From positions 110,297,068-110,361,067 of the forward strand of contig NC_058131.1 in NCBI RefSeq assembly GCF_016433145.1: a stretch of 64,000 nt of DNA. Direction: 5' to 3'. Below are positions 12,335-25,920 of the stretch, piece after piece. The first letter of the stretch is position 1, and each line of letters begins with the position of its first letter. Source of the DNA: Gracilinanus agilis (taxonomy: Eukaryota). Both the position numbers and the translations under genes were made by a program. A model generated the notes under the pieces. That model searched no databases and was not told the DNA's origin. It was given only the letters and a program-made list of their open reading frames with translations.

Positions 12335-12660
12335 AACTGATGAAGAACTGGAGACATTTAGGTTGAAAAAAAAAGACTTGGGGTGCCTAATAGTATTTGA
12401 AGGGGCATCCCATAGAAGAAGGTTTAGATTTATATATTTGACTCCTTAGAGGCAAAAATGAGGAACAACATAAGTTGGAGAGTTATAGATTTAAGCAGGA
12501 TGTAAGGGAAAACTTCTTAACATTGAGAGCTACCCAAAAGTGGAATGGGGAACCAAAAATAGTAGGTTGTCTCTTCCTAGAAATTTTAAGGTGAGCACTG
12601 GATGATCCCTTTGAAATATTTTATAAAGGAGACATTTGATCAGATATGAGTCAGATTAGC
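12335..12660 (+). mobile_element. CR1/L3 LINE 3' end
   Basis: gaagaactggagacatttagg, ggaaaacttcttaacattgagagctacccaaaagtggaatggg, ctggatgatccc. Confidence 0.75.
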
Positions 12661-12752
12661 ATAACATCCAGAATATGGTAAGTGCTTTAATAAAAGTTTG
12701 TTGATTGAATAGATGACTTCTAATGTCTACTCCAACTGTTATCTGGTATTTC

Positions 12753-13655
12753 TGTGATGGGCCCTGTGAGAGAATTCATACATGAATAAGATCACATCTT
12801 ATTCATGTATAGTCACTCTGGAACATTTTTCTACCCTTCTCCCATTGTTGATTTCCTATTGGAGCTTCCATTTTGGAGAGTGGCATTTGAAAGGTCATCA
12901 TTCATTCCCATTCAAGTTCTTTATGACTTTCTGGACTGTGTTCCCACATGAGTACTTTCTCTCTGCCCCTTTTCTGTGTTGCTTTCCCTCACTAGAATTG
13001 TCCTGGAGAGCAGAGACTGTTTTCTTTTTGTTTGTGAAACTTGGGTCCCAAAGCCTCATCGTTGGTGGAGGTCAATATCTCATGTCTGCATCCAGGGCAG
13101 GATGGAGTTGGTGGGAGGGACCGAGGAGATCTGGAATTCTTTTAGGATTAAGCTTCAAAAGAGAAGATCTATGATGACATTTATGAAGACTTCAATTCAC
13201 TCAAGGGAGAGAATGACTCAGGAAAGAAGCTGACATGAGAGGAGCCAGCAAACTCTATTTTGCTGCTATCCTGAGCTTGTTGTAGAAGAGATTTTGGAGA
13301 AATTTTCCCCTGGGTGAGAGCTGGGATTCTCTCTTGTTTGAGCTAACTCATTCCTAATGGGAGAACATATCCAATCTATATTATCTGATAAATATATGTA
13401 TATATATGTATATGTGTGTATATATACATATATATACACAAGTCAAAAGCAAAACAAATCAAAGTATCTCTCTTTATATATATATATGTGTGTATATATA
13501 TATATACTTTCTCTGATTCTGTTTTGCTTTTGACTTAGATAAAAGGGCGTTTTTGGTATTAGTTATGTGTGTTTATTGTAGAAATAGCATTTGGAGGGGT
13601 GTCAAACCTTGGATTTAAAGCTTCGGGCTCCTCTAGGTTGAATCTTAATGTTACT
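12753..13655. mobile_element. Probable solo LTR (endogenous retrovirus)
   Basis: ~900 bp block starting tgtgatgg and ending ..aatcttaatgttac, with purine-rich body and TA/TG microsatellite. TG..CA terminus and TSD imperfect; family not identified. Confidence 0.45.
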
Positions 13656-14948
13656 TCTGCTAGACTAACAATATTTAAGGGAGCAAATAATTATAATTCT
13701 AGCTTGATACCCTCTTTTTCTTTGAAGAGAGCAGAGTGGTCAGCCTCTGGTCTCAACTTCCCACTTACCTCTACCTTTAAAGTTTCTCTTGGAGAAGAAT
13801 GAAGGGAGGAGACTCTTAGAGATATCTATTTTTTACCTTCCTATAAGTTAAACATTTGATATTCCTTGATATATGTTGGAGAAAGCCACAATAACACTTG
13901 AATTTTTACCTTCACACGTAAGCATGGTTTTAGGTACAGAGTAAACAATTAATCAGTGCTTGTTACCTAGTGTTGCCTCTCACTAAATGCTTATTTCTGA
14001 TTGACCCACTAAAGGAACCCTTAAATTCATTAATTCTGAAAAAGTTTACCTTTGAATACCATTCTTCTCACCTCACATCACTATTTATTATTCTTCTGCA
14101 TGTTAATATAGTGAACTCATAATTCCAAGGAGGTTAAATCTACCTTTCATTTTAAATGAAAAATTCCCCTATTCCTTATCATGATATTAACCATAGTTCA
14201 TTGTATTCCTCAAAATTAATATAGTTAAATGCTATAATATTGAAATCTACCATTTAGATCCAGTAATCATCTTCATTCATTCAATAAATATTTATTAAAT
14301 ACCTACTGTGTGTGAAATACTGGAACTTTTTCAAATCCAAATGTAATTTAACTGTTCTCCTTCCTCCTCATCCTACCTTTTTTTTTTTTCTGACTGTCTG
14401 GCCTTCTTAAATGTTCCTTGGAAAATTCAAGTATACTTTTCTCGAAAACTTAACAATCAGATAAAACTGTCCTGATTGATGATTCAGAATCATGATTTCC
14501 CCACCAAACCAAAGAATGCCTTCCTCATTATCTCCAGTCTTGTCAGCGAAGCCTGGCCTCATCTTCAGGTAAATGCACTTGGTCCCTTATCTTCTGAAAT
14601 CAGTTCTACGCTTTCCTCCAGCAAACCCAGGGCTGTAATTGACGAGGTCCCCAGTTGCCTTTTTGATTTCCTGGTGGAATATAACTGGGACACCTTCAGC
14701 TTAAAAGAAACAGGTGTGAGGCAATTCCTTTATTCTTTACTTCCTCTGTCAAACTCAACCTGAAAAATAAAAATGGTGTTTCTTATTGTCACAGAAAAGA
14801 TGTGGCAAATTACCAAGTTCCGACACTGCTTTGCATGGTAGATATTGTGACCTCATAGAATATGAAAGCCAAAATAAACCTTAGATATTCCTTCTCTGGG
14901 ATCATAACCTTATTAGGGCTATTATTAAAGGACCTTAGAGATTTGGTG

Positions 14949-15148
14949 CAGTGATGCCAAACTCAAATAGAAACAGAGCCATTAAATTTGGTATAGACTG
15001 ATAGCAAACCATATATTAAGCATCACCTATGTTGAATTGTATTTTTATTTATTTTGTTAATTATTTCCCAAGTATATTTTAACCTGATATAAGCCTCCTT
15101 GGGAACGGCAGCAATTAGGTCTATGGAGCAATAATTTTGACAGCTCTG
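14949..15148 (+). mobile_element. hAT MITE (~200 bp) inserted into a MIR3-like SINE
   Basis: TIRs cagtgatgccaaa / tttgacagctctg; degenerate 8-bp TSD atttggtg / atctagtc (5/8). Host SINE continues tctagtccaac..ttacagatgaagaaactg. Confidence 0.7.
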
Positions 15149-15917
15149 ATCTAGTCCAACACTTTCACTTTACAGATGAAGAAACTGGAGGTCTAGGAAA
15201 TTAAGCGATTTGCCTAAGGTCACAGAGTTAATAAGTGGCAGAGGTAGGATAGGAATTCATGCCCTGTGACTGAATTTCCTTCTTCAAGTTTCTTGCTTTT
15301 TCATACTTGTACGATCCTCCAACTTTATATTAAAGAGGTGGAAACTAAGGCCCAGAAGGAAAAAAGGAAATCAAAACTGGTCATCCATCTGGCCAGTTGC
15401 AGAAGTAGGACTAGAATATAGGCTGCCTGATTCTTCAGCCAATGGGCTTGCTTTTACATTCTATCTCTCTGGAATGGGAAGTTGGGATATCAAGAAAACA
15501 AAATAATGCCAAATGGCAGGGGTGCCAAAGTGGTATCTTAGAGATCTCCCCATTAGCACTCAGCCCACATATACAAACCATTGTTGGGACTGGTCACTTT
15601 TACTGGTTACACATACTATTCTCTCCACCCATGTAGGCATAGTTCTATTAAAGGCCCTCTTTACGTCTCATCTCAACTATTAAGATAGTCTCCTAATTGG
15701 TCTTCTTGATTTAAATCTCTCCCTACTCATTTCATCTTCTACTCAGCTGCTTAAATGATTATCTTAAAATGAAGGTTTGGCCATGTTGTTCCCCCTTCAA
15801 CCCCACTCAATAAACTATAGTGCTTCCCTATTATCCCCAGAACCAAACAAAATCCTCTTTGACATTTAAAACTTTTTACCATCTGGTCTCTTCATATCTT
15901 TCCAGTTATTTTATCTA

Positions 15918-16525
15918 TTTTAAAACCTTTGCCTTCTGTCTTCTGATCAATACAAGTATCAGTTCTAAGGCAGAACAGTAAGAGCTAAGCAACTGATTCA
16001 CCCAAGATCACCCAGCTAGGAGTTTCTGTGGCCATATTTGAACCCAAGATCTTCTTCTTTTTTCTTTTTTTAAACATTTATTAATATTTATTTTTTAGGA
16101 AAGTTAACATGGCTACATAATTCATGCTCTTACTTTCCCCTTCACCCCCTAACCTCCCTCCCCCCCCATAGGCGATGGGCATTTCCACTGGTTTTAGCAT
16201 GTGTCATTGATCAAGACCCATTTCCAAATTGTTGATATTTGCATTGGTGTGGTAGTTTCAAGTCCACACGCTCAATCATGTCCACCCCGACCCATGCGTT
16301 CAAGCAGTTGTTTTTCTTCTGTTTCCACTCCTGTAGTTCTTCCTCTGAATGTGGGTAGCATCTTTACCATAAATCCCTCAGAATTGTCCTGGATCATTGC
16401 ATTGCTGCTAGTACAGAAGTCCATTACATTCGATTTTACCACAGTGTATTGGTCTCTGTGTACCCAAGATCTTCTGGACTAGTCTTCAGGTCTGCTCTCT
16501 ATCCATTGAGCCACCTAGTTGCCCC
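15918..16525 (-). mobile_element. SINE1_Mdo-type SINE interrupted by L1
   Basis: Tail at ~15918 (aaaacctttgccttctg) and head at 16476-16525 (..ccattgagccacctagttgcccc). Confidence 0.85.
16056..16461 (-). mobile_element. Young L1 3' fragment (L1_Mdo-type)
   Basis: Poly-T start, low-divergence opossum L1 3' end, perfect 14-bp TSD acccaagatcttct (16042-16055 / 16462-16475). Confidence 0.9.
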
Positions 16526-19500
16526 CTTTCCAATCATTTTAAACTTTACTTCTCTCAAGAACATTCTATGACCCAGAACCACCTGTCTGCTTGCTGTTTC
16601 TAACACACAATATTCCACCTCCCAGTTCTCTGCATTTGTATTTGTTGTCCCACCATACCTGGAATTCTCAGTCCACTAGATTCCCTATCTTCCTTCAAGA
16701 TTCAGCTGAGATCTCATATCTGCAAGAGGCCATTTCTGATCCCTGCTTCCTCTTTGAGACTTCTTTTTGTCTATCCTATATTAAATGCTGCAATCATTTC
16801 AGATCTTAATAGACTAAATATAAAAATCCCCCAGTCACCTGGTGTAATATTAGAAAGTCTACAGTCACTATTAAAGAGAAACAATTTAAATAAATTATAC
16901 AATAATATGGTCAAGTGGATGCCCTCATTGACTGTGGTAAGAAGTATTTGCTTTCCTCAAGTAAGAGACCACTGCAGACTTGTCTAAATGGTTACTTCAA
17001 CCCTGTATTTTTGTCTAAAAGTACTTCTTTAACAACTGTAAGAATATTTTATCATCTCCCATTTTATCCTGCCCTGGAGCAGGGAATAACCTCATTTTAA
17101 TAATAAATTCTGGCAGTTGAACCTCCATAAAGCCTCCTCCTTTTTCATTTGGCTGATTCCCCCTTTATTTCTCCATTTCCTATGAAAAGCATTATTAATT
17201 AATTAACTAATACTTTTAATAATAACATATTTTTATAATATATAATATTATTTACAATAATTAGTACGTTACCACAGGATGATGCTGAATGACTATGCTT
17301 TGAGTCAGCCTGAAAAGTTTTAAAAACTAAACTTGAAACATAAGAAGCCAAAACTGCTATCAGCGAGAGCAGTCTTTTTGAGCATGCTAATACATTTCTT
17401 TTCTGACAGTTTGGCTTCCTATTTTTGACCCAAAGTCATCAGATCCCCATTTATGACCAAAGCTCTCCCAAGAGGTCCCATTCCTCTTGGTCCAGAGAAT
17501 TCTCCAGCATTAAGGTTTTTTGATAGCTGTTTCCACTATTAGAATGTCCACTTATAGAATCCAGTACATACTTTTGACAATTCTTCATATTTCTAGTGCT
17601 TAGCATAGTATCTAAAACATAGAAACTTTAGCTTGTTGACTAATAAATAAGCCTCTCTGAATTTAATTCAGCTGGTCCTTAGATAATGGTCCATCAGCCC
17701 AACCTTTCTAGACTGGTTAAGACCAGAGTGTGATTGACTTGGCATATATAGCCTTTGAGAACCCAGAATTCATGCCAATAATGAATTAGTGAACTTCTAT
17801 TAGTTAGATTATTCAGAAAACTGATGAGACAAAAACTGGCAAAATGACTACTTATGGTCACGGAGCTAGTTAGTAACAAAATTAGAGGTATAGCCTATGT
17901 CCCCTTCCCTTCAGTCCCGGCTAGTTTCACTAACATATGCTGGTTTTCCTTGCTAATGAGAGCTAAAGCTTAAACAACTATCTGGCACTTTTTCTAAACC
18001 TTCTAATCAGAAAGTAGAACAAATCCTAAATGTAAAAACTCACCTTTTAATCATGTGCTGTCTTTTACTATGAGCATCAAGAAACTGCTAAAGCAGGGGA
18101 TACATTTTAGGAGATCGAGAATCCAATTAATTTTGCCACTGACTAACCTCATCAATGTTACTTAATGAGAGGGCAAGGCTTATAAAGATAAATGCAATTT
18201 GCCAAGGGTGGTAGCACACTAGGACCACACATAATTTCCCCCACTTTCAAGTGAAAACATCAGAGAGGGAGAGACAGAGACAGAGACAGGGACAGAGACA
18301 GAGACAGGGGAAATCATAGTGTAAATGTAGTAAGAAAATATATCATCTAAACAAATCCAAAGATTATTAACAGGTCCGTTGATATTAAATACTCAAAGAA
18401 AAACTTGTCATTAAAAAGATTGTTGATGCATTGGGATTATTACAATTAGAAATAAAGAAAACACAAATAAAATTAAACATAATTACTTTTACATATCATA
18501 GCTATTCTCCATCACTTTTTAGGGTTAGGCCTGAAAGAAAACTTTATTTGCTCACCCATATTAAAATCCAACTTGCTGATATTCCTTCTAGTGCTAAATT
18601 GCAAGTTTCATAAGCACTAAAAATTGGCTGACCTACTTCTCCTTAGTAATTGGAAGGGATTATTACTGACAATTAGCAAGCAAGCAAGCAGGCGATAGTA
18701 ATAGATAGTTTACTTTCCAAATATTTTGCAAGCAAGCATATTTTTATATAAAGTACACATTTGATTGTTGTTTCTTGGTGATTATAATGCATCTTCTTTT
18801 TCTTGTTTCCAGTTGACATATTTTATACTCTAAAATCTTAGCATAGATGGCTATATAAGCTTTTTAGAGGGTGAGCACTTTGTGCAATATGCAGATATTT
18901 CCCAAAATAATTCTCATTATGACTGATAATAATATAATTAAGACCCAGATAATGCCTTTACATGGTATTGCTCTTTAAGGCCAAACATTGACCTTGGAAT
19001 GCAAATTGGGAATATTTTCAAGGCAAATGCAAAAATTCTTCCTATCTGACATGGCACATTATATTTCTTATAAGACATAACTGTATTTAATCTCAATATA
19101 ATCTATGGTAAAAGCTACAAAGCATGGATACCCCCAGCTGCTAGTATTTTCACTCTTCTCCTTCCTTTCTCCTAAAATTGTCTTGGCGTTGTGTTTATAT
19201 AAATATACCTACACATACATACATATAAATATAACTCTATTAGCATTTAGTTCAATGCCTGGCAAATAGTAGGTGCTTAATAAGTGCTTGTTAACTGATA
19301 TATTGTATATCTTTCCAGTCTGATGCTTATGTAACAAGTATATGTCATAATTCATTGGGATGGCATGAACCTCCTCTCCTCACTTAAGGGACCCTGTTTT
19401 GGGCTAAGGCAGATTGAGTTTCTGACCAAAGAAGGAGAGATCAGGTTCTTTTATTTTTTGACTCATTTTGCCACCACCTTAGAATTTAATCTGGGACACA

Positions 19501-20919
19501 ATCTTAATGGTTTGTTTGGGATCACGTCTAGGGTCCAACCAAAAAGGGATTAACAAGATCCCTTTTAGAAGACATTTAGAAAGTCGATTTGCTATAGGAC
19601 AGTTATTGATCAAAAAGATTACTTGCCCAGGAACTAATACAGATTCCTGCACTAAAGATCTCCTTCCAAGAAAATATCAGATTATAAATGTGTCCTGCTT
19701 GGCTTCAATTATGGCCACAACAAAACTGAATTTTAAAAACTGCTGTAAATTGTCCACTTCTAGGACATTTTCTAGAACTAGATTAGACTCTGGATAAACT
19801 AAACTTTATTTCCTGGCTTTTTTTTGCTCCATACAAACTTTCTTCATCAGCAACTTTCTACATAAAGACTAATTCTTCCGTTCTTCATGGTAATTTCAGG
19901 CATTTTACTGTGAGCTTGAAATTTCATGGAAATCTTCAGCTGTGCTACCAAGAATCCTGTTCTGATGCTGGAGAGGCAGCTTTTTTTCTTTCTTCCCTTC
20001 TTCTTCTTCTCCTTCTTCTTTTTTGATCTCAGAGCTATTGTTTAACAGTTTAAATAACTCAAGTGAAGAAGTGTGAACACAGCTGCTGGCATTTAAAATC
20101 TATCAATAGGTAAATAAGGCAAGAAAATAGGGAATAAACCTTGTTTTCAGTCTTGATTGCCAAACATCAAACTGGAAAACATTTTAAGAGGAAGATTTGA
20201 AAAACTGCTCAGGTTTTGCTAATGAAAAGAAAAACTGGCATATATGTGTGCATATGTATTATCAAAACATCAAACGTGCTACAAGAATCCTGTTTGGACA
20301 CCTGGATGTTATGTCTTTCAAGTGCCAATGAAAATGCAAACATTTATTTAGATGTGCTTGATTCATAGGAGAGTAGGAATTAAATAGTTCTTGCTGTGAG
20401 AAAACTGTAATGCTTTTGGGTTCCAAAAGAAATACACATCATGTGAACTAAGTATAGTCTACTCACAAGAAATACTCAAATACTATAAAAATATGAAATC
20501 TCTTTGATCTGGGTATTCACTCCAATGATGCATCTTAATACTCAGCTTTGCCTTCATATGCTGGGCAATGCCATGTCCTCTCATAAACTTGCTCTAGGAA
20601 ATTTTCCTCAAGTTTTCTTGATATTATGAAGGACCCAAAAAAGCACACGACATTCTGTCAGTTGATTATTCCTCCTTTCACCATTTGACCATTCTATCTT
20701 TTTTTGTTGCTCCCACATTTCTTGATGAGGTCCTTTATAATACTTCTACATCATTCTTTTTTGAAATATGTTGTCATGGGCTAATTTCTAGCATAAGTCT
20801 CTCCATTGCCTTTCTGGGAGATCTTCACCTTAAATTCTCCTAATGATGTAGAATGTCATGATTCACAATTGTATGTCATTATCAGAAGAAAATTGGTATT
20901 ATAAAAGATGGGTTTTTGT

Positions 20920-23900
20920 TTCAGAGAAAAAAACATTTTCCTTATAACCAGTCCTTAAAGTAAAAAATGTTAACTTCCATGGCAAAATCTTATATGATGT
21001 GAGGAGGGTGGTGAAGGATTGGGACATTAGTGGATTGATTCTATTATGTAAATATGAATAAAAGTAAGTTAAAGTTATAGGATATTTGTGTGATTTTTTT
21101 GTATAATATTTTCTTTTTTCTTTATATATGGAAATATGCTTGTTTTGTTTGAATTTATAGACATTTGGAATAAGAAAAATCAAGCAAAACAAGGGCACAC
21201 ACTATGTCCAAAAAGTTTATATCATTCTGAACTTCTCTAGTCTATCACCTTTCCTGCAAGACAGAGTTATTAATCCCAATAAACATAGTTGGTTATTACA
21301 TTGGTGAGAATTCTCAAGTCTTTCAAAGTTACTTTTCTTTTTAATGCTGTAGTTAACTTATAAATTATTCTCCTTGTTTTGCTAGCTTCATTCTATATCA
21401 CTTCATGTCTTACCAGAATTTTCTATTCCTTTCATCGGTTGTTACACTGCAATAACATTCCATTATATCATATGACATATACCATAATTTGCTCAACCAT
21501 TCCTCAATTAATGTGCCTTCCATTTCTTTTGATATGAATATTTTGAGCATATGATCCTTCCTTTCTTTTAAATTTTTGAAGCATTTGGATAGCATCCCTG
21601 GGTTAAAGTGTTTGCATAATTAAGTGACTTTTTGGTTATAGTTCCAAATTATTTTCCAAAATGGATGGGTTAATTTATAACTCTACCAACTGTGCATTGC
21701 TATGTTGATTCCTTGATATCCCTCCAATAGTCATCATTATTCTTTTTCATACTTTTTGACAATTTGAAGAGAATGAACCTCAGAGTTTTTTAAATTTGCA
21801 CTATAATAATAACTTGATTATTTTTCTTTTAGGATTGATTGTTCATATCCACTTTTGTAATTTATCTATTGTGGAATGGTTCTTGTTCTTATATATTTAA
21901 ATGTATTTTGTGTATTTTGATTATCAGGCTTTTTTGAGTCAAATTTGCTGTACATATTTTCCCTCATTAAATGTTTGCTTTATAGTTTTAAATACATTGC
22001 TTCTTTTTGAAGAACTTCTTTTCAATTTAATGTAAGTAAAATAAACATTTTGTCTCTTATGATCTTCTTTATCCCTTGTTTGTTCAAGAAGGGTTTATTA
22101 ATATTTGTGAAACATCTCCTTTCTTGCTTCTCTAGTTTATGATGTAACCTTTTATATTTGGACATGAACCCATTTGAAGCTTATCGTGGCATGTGGTATG
22201 AGATGTTAATCTAACCCTGTCAGACTATTTTCTACTTTTCCCAGAAGTTTTTGACAAACAGTTAGCCCTCATTCTAGAAATAAGAGAATTCTGACCAATA
22301 TAATAACCAGACACCATTTTATGTTGTTTTCTTCTATAACCTGTGTAATTAAGCTGTTCCACTTACCAGTTCATCTATTTTTTTAAAGCAGCACCACATA
22401 GTTTTAATGATTATTACTTTGTAGTATAGTTTGAAATCTGGTGCCGCTAGGTTTCCTCCTTTCCCATTTTTCCCATTATTTACCTTGAGATTCCTAATTT
22501 TTTATTCCTTTTGATTAATTATGTGTGTGTATTTTTAAGCCCTATGAAGTAAGTCATTTGAAGTTTGATAGGAATGGTAAGTAAGAAATAAATGAATTTA
22601 GGTAGCATTGTCATTTTTATTATTCTGGCACAGTCCAATCATGGATACAAATGTTTTTTTTAGTTATTTTTGCCTGTTTTTATTTTGACAAAAATGGATT
22701 TTATAGTTATATTCATATATGTATTTTATATTGGTATTCCTCAAATAGGTCATTCTGTCTCTTAACTCTGATCATTAATCACATTTCCCTATATGACTAG
22801 AATGCTCTCCTAACTTTCCTGGACTCCTTCATGTCTCTGCTCAAATCCTACCTTCTATAAGAAGTTTTTGCTAATCCTTCTTGATCTTAACATATTCCCT
22901 CTAATACTGCTTCCTATTTATTCTATATATTTTGATTTGTTGATTTCATGTTTTTTCTCTTATTAAACCATGAGTTACTTCAATAGAGACTTTCCCCCCT
23001 TTCTTTGTTAAATCCATTGCTTAACCCAGTTCATGGATTTATTAAGTGTGACTGGATTGACTATTTGCAGTATTTTTGGATGGAGTTTCTCTTTTGAGCT
23101 TTTCCTGCTGAGTTTTGTTTTTAATGTAGAGGCTCATAATTTATGTGATCTTATTTTATATCCTGCTATTTTTGCTAAAATTATTGTTTCAGGTCATTTT
23201 AAATTAATATCTATATTTTCTAATTAGACCACTGGGTAATTTTCCAAAAGCAACCATTTTATTTCCTCTGCTTCTTATTTTAATAGTATTGCTAAAACAA
23301 GTCAACATGTCCATAACTATTTCAAATAGAGATAATCATGTACATCTTTGCTTTACCCTTGCTGCTATCTATTTTTACTAATGTTTATCTTTAACCTTTC
23401 TCCATTATTCAGGATGATGATTTTTACTGTTAGACACATAATATTTATCATATTTAAGGAAGGTCCATTTATTCCTATGTTGGAAAGTGTTTTTTTAAAA
23501 TAGAAATGGGTAGTATCTTGTTAGAAATCTCTTCTGAATCAATTGGCATAATCATCTGATTTCTATTGCTTTTCTTATTAATATGATTCAATATCCAGAG
23601 TTTTAATAATATTAGACCAGTCTTTTTGATTTTGATATAAGCCCTATCTGCTTATAACATAATCTTTTAACTATTTCACTGTATATTTTTACATTAACAT
23701 TTATTCATGACATTTGTCTAAAGTTTTCTTACTCTATTTTCACTCCCTGTTTTAGGTCTCAAAATGATATTTATATTACAGAAAAAAATCAGTGTAATCA
23801 CTTCTTTTGAAAGGGTTTATGTAATGCTAGAATTAATTTTGTTTTGAATTCACTTGTAGAGTCATTTGGTTTTTAACTTTCCCCTCTCTTTTTCTTAAAT

Positions 23901-25920
23901 TGGGTTATTTGGATTCTGTATTTCTTATCCTTTTAATGTTAGTATTTTATGTTTTTGCAGCTATCCATTTCATTTATCAGTTTTATTAGCACATGAATGA
24001 GAAAAGTAGTTTCTAATGTTTTTCTTTATTTTTCTCTTCATTTGTTGTTTAGGTCTCTAGTCATGCTTCATGTCACTCATGACTCAACCCATCCTCTGGC
24101 CTTCATTCTTCTTCCTCGACAAATGCCCTATCTTCATATTGGCATCTCCCATGTCTTCTAACCACCTTCCAGTTCTTTAAGTTTTCTCTTCCCCAATCAG
24201 AATGAAAGTTCCTTGAATAGGAATTATCTAGTTTGTATTTGAATCCACATAAGTTAGCATAAAGTCAAGCACATAGTAAACCCTTAATAACATTTTATTT
24301 ATATTCTCTCTATCCTTTTGAATTTATTGCATTGTTATTCAGTTTCCCTCTCTCTTTAAAATCAAATGAAAGATTTTTTCTGTTTCTTTTTTTCACAATT
24401 AGCAACTACTTTTCTGTTACATGAATTTTTTCTTTTACTTTGCTTAATCTTTTTTTTTTTTTGCTTTTCAGAATTTCTTCATGTTCGTTTGTAGTTAGTT
24501 TTTATTTTCTGTTTAAAAATTTTTACTTATATATCCCATTTGATTGATTTTATCTTTTTCTTTTTGTTAATGAATGAGTATAGAGACATAGAATTTCTTT
24601 TAAGTACCAGTTTTGTTGCATCCTAGATGATTTAATATAATATATTATTGTAATCTTTTGATGAAATTATCTCATTTCTATGATTTGTTCATTGATTCAC
24701 TAATTCTTTAGTGTAAAATTATTTTTTTCCATTTGTTTGAATTACTTCAAAGATCCTTATAGCTTGTAATATTTATTGTGCTGTGTTTAGTAAAGAATGT
24801 ATTTAATATTTGTTTTTCTGCATTAGTTTACAAGTTTTTTCCCCCTCATGTGTTCAAATTTATAAAGGTGCCATGAACAAATGAAAAATATCCATATTCT
24901 ATCCCTCTCTTAATCATCATTCTTTTTACTCTCTTTTTCTTATATCATGATTGCTATTCCTACTTTTTTTTCATTCTATATGAGTCTATAGTTCAAGAGG
25001 ATTTCTTATAAACAACATATTGTTGGGTTCTGCTTTCTAATCCATTCTGTTATTATCTTCCATTTTATGACTAAATCAATAACATTCATTCTCATAGTTA
25101 TGATTGCTAATTGTTTATTTCCTTCTAATATATCCTCTGATAGTTTTTCTTTGTCTCCTGTACCCCTCTTTCCAAAGAAGTTGGTAAAAGAGAAGGAAAG
25201 AAATCTGTAATTGAAGCAATCTGCTTCTGCTCCAATTCCCCCACCTCTCCTACCCTCACCCAGACCCCAATCATTCTTCCTTTCTCTTTAATCTGCCTCT
25301 ATGATCCACCCTCCAAAGTTGAAGGTTTTTTTGCTTTTAATTTTTCCTTCTATTACTCTATCCTCCCTTTTAATCTCATCTCTCCCCTCTCCCTGTCCTC
25401 TTTATTATCTGGTCAGAGCCCATTGGTCTTCAGGGTCCTCTGGAGTGGTTTCAGGTCAGAATGCTCTGGACCTCTGCCCTCCATCTCCTCCCCATCCCTT
25501 TTGTGTCCCAATCAAAGCGCTGTTAGTTCCCCCTCTCACATCTATAGTTAGAGAGGTCAGAGCAGTAAGAGCATTTTGGATTTCTTAAATCCCTTGGAGT
25601 TTCTCCACAATGCACTCTGGGCTTCCTCCCTCCCTACTCAGAAACAAAGTGCTATCTGTTTCAGGTGGCCCTGGAAAGTCTCTGGTCAGAATGCTGGCAG
25701 ATTTTGACTTGTTTTCCTATCCTTTTTTTCTGGCTTCCCTTACAAAGGGGTCTCAATGGCTTCTAACTGACTTTCTTTTTTACACGGGACTACATGAAGG
25801 AGGCTACTATTGTTTTTCTTTACCTTTCTTTATATAGTACCCCTTTTAGCTCTTCACTGGAGTTCATATGGAAAAGCTCAATTCCTAGGCGATCTTCATG
25901 CTACCATCTTAACCACAATT
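20920..25920 (-). mobile_element. Old, internally deleted L1 (3' end to probable 5' end) with inserted L2 pieces
   Basis: Antisense L1 3'/ORF2 motifs, ORF1-end motif ttcttataaacaacatattgttgggttctgc (~25000), ctaccatcttaacc resembling an L1 5' terminus (~25900). L2 pieces ~22740-23030 and ~24050-24300. Confidence 0.75.

Larger units (their letters stand above)
15520..16780 (+). mobile_element. L2 ORF2/3' fragment split by nested SINE1 and L1
   Basis: ctcctaattggtcttcttg, tcagctgcttaaatgattatcttaaaatg and later ccttcaagattcagctgagatctc. Confidence 0.7.
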
